From the IMG/VR virus record IMGVR_UViG_3300030106_000472, positions 1-63,411 of that record: DNA of 63,411 nucleotides; one strand, written 5' to 3'. The translations under genes were made by a program, and so were the position numbers. The stretch is from a virus (taxonomy: Duplodnaviria > Caudoviricetes). Below the pieces are notes generated by a model. That model saw only the letters and a list, made by a program, of their open reading frames with translations. It had not been told where the DNA came from and ran no database searches. Below are positions 55,591-63,411 of the stretch, piece by piece; positions within the stretch are counted from its first letter, which is position 1, and each line of letters begins with the position of its first letter.

Positions 55591-56261
55591 TATATATACT
55601 CATGTTTAGGAACAATTCTTAAAGGAGAGCGGTCTTCATCGTACCTCATAGCGTTTCTTAAATCTTGTTCGTATTGTTCTTTCATTATAGGAAGTTTCTG
55701 TATATTCTTTTTTAAACAAATATAATAAGCCAATCCTGAAACTAAACACGGCATAAACCTAGTAGGTATATCAACATCATTGATTTGAGCAGAAGAGTCT
55801 TCTATAGTTCTCCAAACATAGTAAATGAGTTTGTCGGTTGAGTTCTCTGGTGTTGGATAAAGATGTATAACAGGACTTTTTAGCCTTTCTAACCAATACT
55901 CAGTTGCTCTAGCCTTAGTTGCTTTATTAGGAATATTAACAAACTCATTCCTATCTACTCTGTCTAAAGTATAATCAGTAACTGTATCGTTAACCGTTCT
56001 TTGGATATATGCATCTAAGATGTCTATATCAAAAGAATTGATTGTATATTCACTAGTTCCTTCAGTAAGCGTAAGCTCTACTTTAGAAACTTCCCACATT
56101 TGAATACCTCTGTTTGACCAATCGGCAAACATAATATTCATAGAACGACGAGCTGTGACTGCATCATAAGAAGTACGAGCTTCCAATCCTGCAAGCTCGT
56201 ATGCTTCTTCTATTGCGGTCGCTACATCTAAACTAAATGCACGAGTTCCTGACGTAGCCAT
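55590..56261 (-). CDS. head-tail connector/adaptor protein
   Basis: MATSGT..F.LD....IEEA.E..G, ARRS.N..F.DW.NRG...W, P.RF.PC...GLAYY. Confidence 0.7.
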   Translation of the reverse strand: MATSGTRAFSLDVATAIEEAYELAGLEARTSYDAVTARRSMNIMFADWSNRGIQMWEVSKVELTLTEGTSEYTINSFDIDILDAYIQRTVNDTVTDYTLDRVDRNEFVNIPNKATKARATEYWLERLKSPVIHLYPTPENSTDKLIYYVWRTIEDSSAQINDVDIPTRFMPCLVSGLAYYICLKKNIQKLPIMKEQYEQDLRNAMRYDEDRSPLRIVPKHEYI

Positions 56262-56263
56262 TA

Positions 56264-56680
56264 TTAATAACTTTTAACAAATTCGGCTACTATAGTGTAA
56301 TGATCATGGTTAGTGTGTCCATGAGTCGTTAAATCTAAATCGCCAGTTATACCACTACCTGCGTTATTAGGAATACCGCCCCATTCTCTAAAATCCATAT
56401 GACCTGAAACTACTCCTGCTGCTGCACTTCCTCCTAAGACAGTACAAACAACATTAGACGTCGCATCCCATTCAAGAGTTACTCTTATACCGCCTATGTC
56501 ATACCATAGTTGCGATAAAGTTACTCTCGTACAGGTTTCTCCTTCGTTATTAGTGTTCAGTCCAGAGACGTCTACTTTATTAACAGAAGATTCTCCTGTG
56601 CCGTCAGAGATATTAGTGAATTTATAAACTAGCTTCCTATCAGTATCTACAATTTTTTGACTTGTAACTGCGTCTGCCAT
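56264..56680 (-). CDS. virion structural protein
   Basis: MADAVTSQ.I.D....V.KFTN.SDGTGES.V.KVDVS.L. Confidence 0.75.
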   Translation of the reverse strand: MADAVTSQKIVDTDRKLVYKFTNISDGTGESSVNKVDVSGLNTNNEGETCTRVTLSQLWYDIGGIRVTLEWDATSNVVCTVLGGSAAAGVVSGHMDFREWGGIPNNAGSGITGDLDLTTHGHTNHDHYTIVAEFVKSY

Positions 56681-56689
56681 AGTTTACTC

Positions 56690-57595
56690 CTAGCCTAAAT
56701 TCATATTAATCAATGAATACTCAGTGCTTGCTGAAACAGCCATAACGTCACCAACTTCTTGTAAAACGTTATCTGTTGCTGGAGCAACTCCTCCTGCAGT
56801 ACCGCCTGATCTAACTGCTGCATTACCTACAACTAGAGTTCCTACAGTCAGTAAAGCTGCGGGTCCTTTAATAACAGCCCAACCAAAATAGTCTGCTGTC
56901 ATATCAATAACTGTAGCCCCCATTAACGCACCTGTTTCTGTTGCTGGTGCAACAATAAGGTTTGTGTTAGGATTTTCAATTAAAGATAGTTGTGAGCTTG
57001 TTGTTAATGCAGTTGCAAGTGCATCATAACAAGTGATAACTACTGATGGATCTGCTGAGTGATCGTGTGCTGGGTTAGATTTTACTCTAAGCATTTGACC
57101 TTCACCGTTTACATCATTAACCCAAAGATAACCGTCTGCGTATTGGTTAAGTGTTAGGTCAGTTCCACCTGTTTCTACAGAAATAGCTGTTTCACCTGCT
57201 GCTACTGCTGCTGTTGCAGTCATGTTTGCATGATCAGAAACAATAGCTTTATGTTGTAGCAGTTTACCTGCTGTTACCGCAGTTCCACCTATTTCAACAT
57301 AACGATAAACGTTGTTACCGTAAACTAATGTGCTTCCTAATGGAAACAACTGTGTAGCACTTTCTGCATAAGGGTTAGCTGTGCCGTATTGACTACCACC
57401 CTTACCTATAATTAAATCAGCAGGTCCATATCCTGTGGTAGCTGCATATTGAATATGCCCACCATTATCAGTATAGACATTACCATCTGAGTTTATTACT
57501 AAACCGTCAGTAACTGCTCCTGTTGATGAGTTTACGTCAATGGTTTTAAAACCATTTTCAGACCTGACTGGTCCGTTAAAAGTCGAATTTGCCAT
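56690..57595 (-). CDS. capsid-associated fibre/decoration protein
   Basis: MANSTFNGPVRSENGF N-terminus directly downstream of the major capsid gene. Confidence 0.7.
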   Translation of the reverse strand: MANSTFNGPVRSENGFKTIDVNSSTGAVTDGLVINSDGNVYTDNGGHIQYAATTGYGPADLIIGKGGSQYGTANPYAESATQLFPLGSTLVYGNNVYRYVEIGGTAVTAGKLLQHKAIVSDHANMTATAAVAAGETAISVETGGTDLTLNQYADGYLWVNDVNGEGQMLRVKSNPAHDHSADPSVVITCYDALATALTTSSQLSLIENPNTNLIVAPATETGALMGATVIDMTADYFGWAVIKGPAALLTVGTLVVGNAAVRSGGTAGGVAPATDNVLQEVGDVMAVSASTEYSLINMNLG

Positions 57596-57596
57596 A

Positions 57597-57677
57597 ATTT
57601 CCTCCTACGGAAATAAGTCTTATCATCTCGGCTTGTCTGCTAGGTCAGTTGATAAAACAAGTTAATATAATCCTAGT
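57597..57677 (-). ncRNA. candidate pseudoknotted cis-regulatory leader RNA
   Basis: 9-bp stem 57617-57625/57650-57658, inner loop CCUAG complementary to upstream CUAGG, SD-overlapping hairpin 57597-57614. Confidence 0.45.
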
Positions 57678-57704
57678 CCTTATGATTGTATATCATTCGT
57701 CTAC

Positions 57705-57732
57705 AAAAGAAAAGGGACCCGAAGGTCCCTTT
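57705..57732 (-). terminator. intrinsic terminator after the major capsid gene
   Basis: AAAGGGACC-TTCG-GGTCCCTTT followed by TCTTTT. Confidence 0.9.
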
Positions 57733-57751
57733 AATTTTTCACATAAGTGAA

Positions 57752-58660
57752 TTATGCTCCAGGGGAACCGAAAATACCTCTCCAGTCACTCCAACCAAAG
57801 CTGTAACGTTCTCTTGCCTTGTATCTAACATTACCAGTTTCGAAGTCGCCTTCCATACTAGTTGATACAGGTGTTCTAACGAAATGTTTTAATCCGTTAG
57901 GTACGTCAGTTTTGATAAAGAAAGCATCAGTATCTGTTAGATAATGATTTACAACATAGCCTTCAGAAATCATTCCCATGTTTCTGATTGCGTTGATGTC
58001 ATTATCTGAAGTACCAACTCTTCCAGGAGTTTCCATGAGTCTATCAGCAACAAACTGTAATGCAGGCGGAATAATTAATTTTTTCGCTTGTGCATTAACT
58101 TTAAGATTTCTCTCATCTTTGAAATCAGCGATGTCAATCAACGCTTGTTCAAGAGAAGTCTCGTTTAAGTCAGCTGCAGTAGTCAACTCATTTTTTAGAT
58201 CCACGTTAGCAACAGTAGGGTGGTCTGTAGCACAAAGCTCTTTTCCATCTCCACCAACATATGAAGAACTAAACGCATTGTTTAATACGTTAGCTGCTTT
58301 CACTTGTTTAGTTTGTTGCATAGACCTAGCTAAAGCTCTTGTGTATCTTGAAGATAGTGTATCGTAGAGATTGTCTTCGATCGCTTCTTCTGTCAACGCA
58401 AACGCTAATGCTATGGTCTCGTGTGTGAAACGTGATGTCCAGGATTCTTGAGCTGTATCATAAATGACCGCTGCTCCTTCTCCTTTAGTCGGTGCTTCAC
58501 CAAACCCACTTAACATTACTTCTTCCTCGAATGCTCTTTCAGAACTCTCGGTGTCGAAGATGTCTTCGTGCTCGTTATTGTATCTCTCATACTCTAATCC
58601 AAAGAGAGCATGGAGTCCGGGTACTAGTTCTTTGACTAGTTGGGCTCTATTAATTGCCAT
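57752..58660 (-). CDS. major capsid protein
   Basis: MAINRAQLVKEL.PGL.ALFGLEY, S.RAFEEEV..SGFG.A..K.EG, GDF.TGNVRYKARERYSFGWSD.RG..GSPG. Confidence 0.9.
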   Translation of the reverse strand: MAINRAQLVKELVPGLHALFGLEYERYNNEHEDIFDTESSERAFEEEVMLSGFGEAPTKGEGAAVIYDTAQESWTSRFTHETIALAFALTEEAIEDNLYDTLSSRYTRALARSMQQTKQVKAANVLNNAFSSSYVGGDGKELCATDHPTVANVDLKNELTTAADLNETSLEQALIDIADFKDERNLKVNAQAKKLIIPPALQFVADRLMETPGRVGTSDNDINAIRNMGMISEGYVVNHYLTDTDAFFIKTDVPNGLKHFVRTPVSTSMEGDFETGNVRYKARERYSFGWSDWRGIFGSPGA

Positions 58661-58677
58661 TATTTATTCTCCTTAGA

Positions 58678-59217
58678 TTATACAGCAAATGTGTTAGTAG
58701 GGAATGTGAATAATCCTCTCGCATAAGCACCTATTGAGTTGCTTGGTTGCGAAGCGAATCCAACACATAACGCTACACCACTTGATGTTGTTGCAGTCAC
58801 ACCCTCTTTTGATCTACCGTTGGTTGTAGAACCAGCAGTAGTGGAGAGAGTGTATTTGTTACCGATGAAGCTTACGGCAGGTGTTCCTGCTGTAAATTGA
58901 GCCTCGTAAACGATGCCAGGATCGTTATAAACGAGAGCTTCTGCATCGGCACTTCCTAGTGTCGCAGTGTCAGCAGTCCATACTTTCGAGAAAGTAGGAG
59001 TACCGTCAGTTGCGGTATAGTATACCCCGTAAAATACACCTGCAGGAGTACCAGTCGCCGTGCCTTGAATGACATATCCGCTAGATAGATTAACTACATC
59101 ACCTGAAAATATTGATGCGTTAGTTGCACTAGCAATTCTCATTTTAGCAGGACGAATAACACCACCGTACATATGATATGCGGGAGTAAAACCATCTGGT
59201 TTATTTGTATTAGCCAT
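58678..59217 (-). CDS. capsid decoration/cement protein
   Basis: MAN...P.GF.P, IF.GD.V, GVF.G..YT, DP...YE.Q; directly upstream of the capsid gene. Confidence 0.7.
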   Translation of the reverse strand: MANTNKPDGFTPAYHMYGGVIRPAKMRIASATNASIFSGDVVNLSSGYVIQGTATGTPAGVFYGVYYTATDGTPTFSKVWTADTATLGSADAEALVYNDPGIVYEAQFTAGTPAVSFIGNKYTLSTTAGSTTNGRSKEGVTATTSSGVALCVGFASQPSNSIGAYARGLFTFPTNTFAV

Positions 59218-59250
59218 GATTGTCTCCTTTGCTTATATACATTGTTATTA

Positions 59251-59742
59251 TTAATTTCCTTTGTCGGTAGGTTTACTACCGAAAGCAACTTTAGAAGTCC
59301 TTTGGATATCACTATCTTTTATAGGCATTCTAGCGTCGCTTTCTCGCATATAGTTCTGGTCTACACCGTCCATAGCAGTTTTTGCTTGGTTTTGAAAATA
59401 CGCTGTGCGTTCTTCGGCGGTTTCAACAGGTACTTTAGCGAGGATTAAACCTCCAACCCCAATTACTCCTTTATTACTTCCGCTATCTACAGTTGGAGCT
59501 TCAAAATCAGGATAATCTTCTGCTCTCACAGGCTCATATCCTTCTCTAATACGTTTAGACATATTAGATTTATCATCTATCCCTCTAGTAGCTTCTCTAA
59601 TCCACCTGAATTGATATCCAGGAGGAGCTTCTGGTGCGTCTAACATTGACGGGGGTTTCCAAGGCGTTCTGCGAGTTTGAGAGTCTCGTGTCTCGGCAGA
59701 TCGTGAGTTACGATCAGTTTTGACTTTCATTTCATCTGTCAT
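59251..59742 (-). CDS. conserved head-module protein
   Basis: W.PP..LDAP..P.GY..RWIR, REG.E.VR...YP, GVIGVGGL.LA. Confidence 0.75.
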   Translation of the reverse strand: MTDEMKVKTDRNSRSAETRDSQTRRTPWKPPSMLDAPEAPPGYQFRWIREATRGIDDKSNMSKRIREGYEPVRAEDYPDFEAPTVDSGSNKGVIGVGGLILAKVPVETAEERTAYFQNQAKTAMDGVDQNYMRESDARMPIKDSDIQRTSKVAFGSKPTDKGN

Positions 59743-59743
59743 T

Positions 59744-60637
59744 TTATACTCCTTCGATATGCTTAGCATATTCTTCTAGCGGCACATTTAATCTTTTAGC
59801 TATTGCTACTTGACTTGGTGTGAGCTTGATTTTGCGTGATGATTTTTTACCACTAGCACCTCTGCTACTGGCAGCAACCTGTTGCACGGGGGCAGATTGC
59901 TCGTTAGAAAACTTGTGTGGAAAATTTTCAGCCATACGTTTATCAACTTCGGCATAATAAGCATCTGAAGTCGGGTCTATCCCTCCCTCAACTAATTCTT
60001 TATGTATTCCAAATGCTGCAAACGTCATTGCTTGGTCATCTCCGAACCATGTGTTTCGTTTTGCCCACTCCTCTGCTTTTGGATCAGGTCCAGCAGCCTG
60101 AGGCTGTAACGTAGGCTTATACGCTTCTACAGGAACTTCTTGAGGTTGATTTTTCTCTCTAAGCTGTTGCTGAGCTGATAATCTTCTAAGATTTTCTGCT
60201 TCGGCACTTGCTCTAGAAAGTTTTTCAGTTGCTTCTACAACTGCTGCACTATCTCCCACTTCTTGAGCTTCTTTTAAAAGCTGTTTAGCTCCCGCTATTT
60301 CAGATTGTACTCTATTATCATACTCTTTGAAAAGGGAAGAGTCTGAATTCTTTAATTTTTCTTTTAAAGTAGATGCTGTTTGATTAACACTTTGAGCGTA
60401 ATTAACGGCTTCATCTCGCTGTCTTTCTGCTTCTCGCATCTTATAGGTTAGTTTATCAATACGTTTTTGTACTGATTCACTAATCTGATCTAGCTCGTCT
60501 TTTGGTTGAGCTTCTTCTTCTACAGGTTGTTCTTCAACTATTTCGTCTTTAATTGAATTATCAACATCTGCTTCTCTTACGTCAACTTCGCCTTCGGGAA
60601 GTTCTAGTTCTATTTTTTCTGCTTCATTATTTTGCAT
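59744..60637 (-). CDS. capsid scaffolding protein
   Basis: Acidic coiled coil, VQKRI.KLT...REAER, N.WFG.D..MT, LT.SQV.IAK.L.VPLEEYAK. Confidence 0.75.
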   Translation of the reverse strand: MQNNEAEKIELELPEGEVDVREADVDNSIKDEIVEEQPVEEEAQPKDELDQISESVQKRIDKLTYKMREAERQRDEAVNYAQSVNQTASTLKEKLKNSDSSLFKEYDNRVQSEIAGAKQLLKEAQEVGDSAAVVEATEKLSRASAEAENLRRLSAQQQLREKNQPQEVPVEAYKPTLQPQAAGPDPKAEEWAKRNTWFGDDQAMTFAAFGIHKELVEGGIDPTSDAYYAEVDKRMAENFPHKFSNEQSAPVQQVAASSRGASGKKSSRKIKLTPSQVAIAKRLNVPLEEYAKHIEGV

Positions 60638-60655
60638 GAGTCCTCCTCAAGATTG

Positions 60656-61108
60656 TTATGATAAAATTGCTTCGGGATCATCAATAGTTGCTAAAATTTC
60701 GTCATCATTCAAAAGTCGCATATCGCCACCTTCTATTTGAAAACGAGCTCCAGCATATCTACCAAAAATTACCCAATCACCTTTTTTGCACCAAGCTCCT
60801 TCAGGAAACTTGTGCGGGTCACTATAAGCGTCTGGTCCCATTTCGACAACATAACCAACTACCGTTGCAAGTCTTTCTTTGTCAACAGTTGCTTTAGCTA
60901 AATGTATGCCGCCTTTGGTCACAGAAGATTGTGTGAAAGGTAATATTAAAATACGATACCCCGTTGGACGTGGTAACGATTCCGCATGAGAGTCTAAGTT
61001 ATCGGGGGTGATTATAGGCTCATCTGCTTGTGCTAAAGCAGCAGCTCCTCCACTACCAAAATTATTTACTCTATCAGGAACAGTTTTTGTTTCGACTTTA
61101 TTCGTCAT
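60656..61108 (-). CDS. GroES-like co-chaperonin
   Basis: P.GYRIL..P...TKGGI.L, G.V..MG, GDWV.F.RYAG, LLNDDEILA. Confidence 0.88.
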   Translation of the reverse strand: MTNKVETKTVPDRVNNFGSGGAAALAQADEPIITPDNLDSHAESLPRPTGYRILILPFTQSSVTKGGIHLAKATVDKERLATVVGYVVEMGPDAYSDPHKFPEGAWCKKGDWVIFGRYAGARFQIEGGDMRLLNDDEILATIDDPEAILS

Positions 61109-61298
61109 TTGCATCCTCCATATTAGAATGTAAAGTTTGAATTTCCTGTTCAGCGAAACTCAAACCCGCTATTTCGCCAACTATCCTTTGGTATTGTTCA
61201 AAATTCTCAACACTTCCAGAAGCTAACGTTTGCGTGAGAGCTTCTTTTCTCTCACGATATTTACGAAGCAAATGCTCCGTAGCTAAGATATAGTCCAT
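61098..61298 (-). CDS. conserved hypothetical protein
   Basis: L..G.V..FE.Y...VGEI.GL. Confidence 0.75.
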   Translation of the reverse strand: MDYILATEHLLRKYRERKEALTQTLASGSVENFEQYQRIVGEIAGLSFAEQEIQTLHSNMEDANDE

Positions 61299-61526
61299 TT
61301 ACTTAATGTAATTATACCAAAGAAGTCCTTTAGTTTGTCCGTAAGCAGCCTTTACTTTAGACTCTTTACCGACAACCTTGCCTTTTGCGTCAGTGTTTAC
61401 TTCGCCAGCAGTAACAGACTTAGTTTTAGTGCTATCAACCATTGCTGGTTCACTAGGTGCAGGTCTATTAGCCTTTTTTGAAGGTGACGGATAGGCTTTC
61501 ATCTTGTCGTCGTAATACTCTCGCAT
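61299..61526 (-). CDS. hypothetical protein
   Basis: Coupled to the portal stop; GGAG SD. Confidence 0.65.
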   Translation of the reverse strand: MREYYDDKMKAYPSPSKKANRPAPSEPAMVDSTKTKSVTAGEVNTDAKGKVVGKESKVKAAYGQTKGLLWYNYIK

Positions 61527-63411
61527 TATTTTTCTCCATTTTGATTTCTACTATCCCTAACTGTTTTTACCAGTTCGTTATAGTTTTTATCAGCGTCGGC
61601 TTTCGCTTTCAGCTCTAATTCTTGTAATTCTATAGCAGATTTAGTGTCTTGTACTCTTAAATCCGCTTCTATCTTCTCACGTTTAATTTGTGCATCTAAT
61701 TCAGTTTTCATAGCAGCTAGTTGTGCATCTCTTGCATCATCTTCTGTTTTTTGCATTAATTGTTCTTTTTCTAATTGTAACTGCTGCTGGAACATTTCCA
61801 TTTGTGGGTTTTGTTGTGCTGCTGCTGCGGCTTGTGCCATCGCTTGTGCTTGACCTGTAACTTGTTGTGTTGCTTGTGCTGCCATCATAGCTATTTCGTT
61901 CATCATTTCAGGCGGCATAGGTTGGTCTAGTTGTGGAAGCGGTTGTCCCATTGCTTGTTCTACTTGTTGTCTATATAGCATTGCCTGATGTTCTTGTATA
62001 TTTGCACCTATCGCTTGCATAGCTACAGGGTTTTGTTGTATCATCGGGTTTTGCATAAAAGCACTATGTGCTTGTATATAAGCTTCGTGATTTTGAAACG
62101 GATAAGCTTTTATAGGATTACCAGTCATAGCTGATTGTTGATCACTAATAGGGTCACGTGGAGGTACTTCTTGTTCTGGAGGTAGTAACGCATCAATATC
62201 TTTAATATTTAACGCTATATACATTTTTCTATAAGATTCTCTCAAATCATGTAATTCAGGTGCCGCTTGTGCCATTTGTAGTTGGGCTTGGGCTAAAGTT
62301 ATTCTTTGAGTCATACTAAAAATATTAGGATCACTTACAGGAATAACATCTACTGAATTATCAAAATCTTGTTTAAATACGTTTTCTGAAGCCCCTTGTA
62401 CTTGATAAGGATATTCAGCAGGTAAAAACTCACCAAACACTCTTTTTAATATTTTAAACTCACATCTTTGTGCATAATGTAATCTTTTATGAATTGCGGA
62501 CATAACTCTTTGTCCTTTTTCCATAAGTGCTACGGTTGTTCCTACAGGAGCTTCAGAGTTGCCATCTCCTGTTGGGTTTTCTACTGTAGCCGCAAATCTT
62601 TTACCAGAATCAACTAAAGCTCCTAATAACGTAGTTAAAGTGCCGCTTGGCTCTTTATAAGGTAAAGGAAGGAAAGCATCTTGCAATCTCCCGCCTGGAG
62701 CGTCAACATCACGCCATTCTCCTGGTTGTAACGGGTCATCATGCTTTTGAATATTTAATCCGCGTGATTTAAACCCTGCTGGTAGGTTAGAAAGTGTTCC
62801 TGCGTCTATTAATTGACGTAAAATCGCTGTAACTGACTTAGTTAAGCCTCCCATCATGTGAATTAACCCAAAACCGTAAAAACCTAGTCCTGGAAGGAAC
62901 TTATAATGCGTAAAATGTTCAATTTTCTTACGCATAGGGTCTTTTTCGTCATAATTTGGTCTAATTGCAAGAACTTTGTTGTTATCTTTGCAAATAGTTA
63001 CAATATAAGGTAACGCTAAGCCTGTTTCTTCACCGTTTTCGTCTTTATCTTGATATCCTTCTAAATCTAAGTCAACATGCATCTCTAAAAGCGTAAATTC
63101 TTCATCATTTATAGTTCTAGTTAGTCCTTGTAACTCATCTAGCTTTTCATCAACGTCTGTTTCTTGTATTCCGCTTCCTGGAGACGCCATATCAGTGTCT
63201 ACATAAAAACCCGATAGTTGTAATTTACGTAATTCATTCTCATTCATGTGAATTACGTGTGTAATTCTAGGAGAAGTTAATAAATCTACTGCGTAATACG
63301 GAACAACTAAATCTTCTGACTTAACAAACCGTGCTACGGCACGTCCAACTGCAGGATCATAGTAAACTTTTTTAAATGCAGAACCAGATAACGGTAAATA
63401 AAATAAAAGCT
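61526..63411 (-). CDS. portal protein (5'-partial)
   Basis: Frame stays open to the window end (LLFYLPLSGSAFKKVYYD...); PGLGFYG.GLIH..GGL, LRQL.DAGTL.NLP.GFK, PVGTT.AL.E. Confidence 0.9.
   Translation of the reverse strand, partial: LLFYLPLSGSAFKKVYYDPAVGRAVARFVKSEDLVVPYYAVDLLTSPRITHVIHMNENELRKLQLSGFYVDTDMASPGSGIQETDVDEKLDELQGLTRTINDEEFTLLEMHVDLDLEGYQDKDENGEETGLALPYIVTICKDNNKVLAIRPNYDEKDPMRKKIEHFTHYKFLPGLGFYGFGLIHMMGGLTKSVTAILRQLIDAGTLSNLPAGFKSRGLNIQKHDDPLQPGEWRDVDAPGGRLQDAFLPLPYKEPSGTLTTLLGALVDSGKRFAATVENPTGDGNSEAPVGTTVALMEKGQRVMSAIHKRLHYAQRCEFKILKRVFGEFLPAEYPYQVQGASENVFKQDFDNSVDVIPVSDPNIFSMTQRITLAQAQLQMAQAAPELHDLRESYRKMYIALNIKDIDALLPPEQEVPPRDPISDQQSAMTGNPIKAYPFQNHEAYIQAHSAFMQNPMIQQNPVAMQAIGANIQEHQAMLYRQQVEQAMGQPLPQLDQPMPPEMMNEIAMMAAQATQQVTGQAQAMAQAAAAAQQNPQMEMFQQQLQLEKEQLMQKTEDDARDAQLAAMKTELDAQIKREKIEADLRVQDTKSAIELQELELKAKADADKNYNELVKTVRDSRNQNGEK

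Noticed and set aside
1786-61853. Numerous plus-strand ORFs of 60-175 aa in the ORF track
   Set aside because: They are antisense shadows of well-supported minus-strand genes; only the SNF2 helicase is a credible plus-strand gene.
1-63411. tRNA genes, integrase/att site, alternative genetic code
   Set aside because: No cloverleaf or recombinase was recognised by eye, and standard-code ORFs tile the genome densely. A tRNAscan run would be needed to exclude tRNAs fully.
1-63411. Genome-wide avoidance of GC-rich 4-mer palindromes (GCGC, GGCC, CCGG)
   Set aside because: They look rare, but low GC content could account for this and I cannot count reliably without computation.

Overview
The window is an almost complete, circularly permuted genome of an AT-rich tailed dsDNA phage. 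It looks podovirus-like (no tape-measure protein, RNA polymerase or integrase recognised), and its gene content resembles marine phages. Nearly all genes are on the minus strand. Positions 1-5437 hold the portal N-terminus, TerL, a 601-aa putative virion-delivered ADP-ribosyltransferase, a 2OG oxygenase and spanins. Positions 5.4-7.7 kb are a putative terminus/packaging region with TerS, microsatellites and two perfect G-quadruplex motifs. Positions 7.7-16 kb are small early-gene cassettes, many with their own sigma70-like promoter. Positions 16-29.4 kb are replication genes (PolA, SF1 helicase, primase, SSB, SNF2) with an embedded thymine-modification cluster. Positions 29.4-63.4 kb are virion genes, interrupted by a csgF-csgG-curlin-FecR-CHASE2 adenylate cyclase cassette and lysis genes. 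The most notable observations are: (1) a 5hmdU-based hypermodification cluster with a SAM methyltransferase and no recognisable amino-acid:DNA transferase; (2) the curli/cyclase cassette; (3) an ART-like domain fused to a duplicated virion-protein N-terminus; (4) a roughly 700-nt segment flanked by G-quadruplex motifs and purged of TCA/TGA; (5) two inverted iteron-like elements bracketing the early/replication block; (6) several structured-RNA candidates. All family calls come from motif recognition by eye; no database searches were run.
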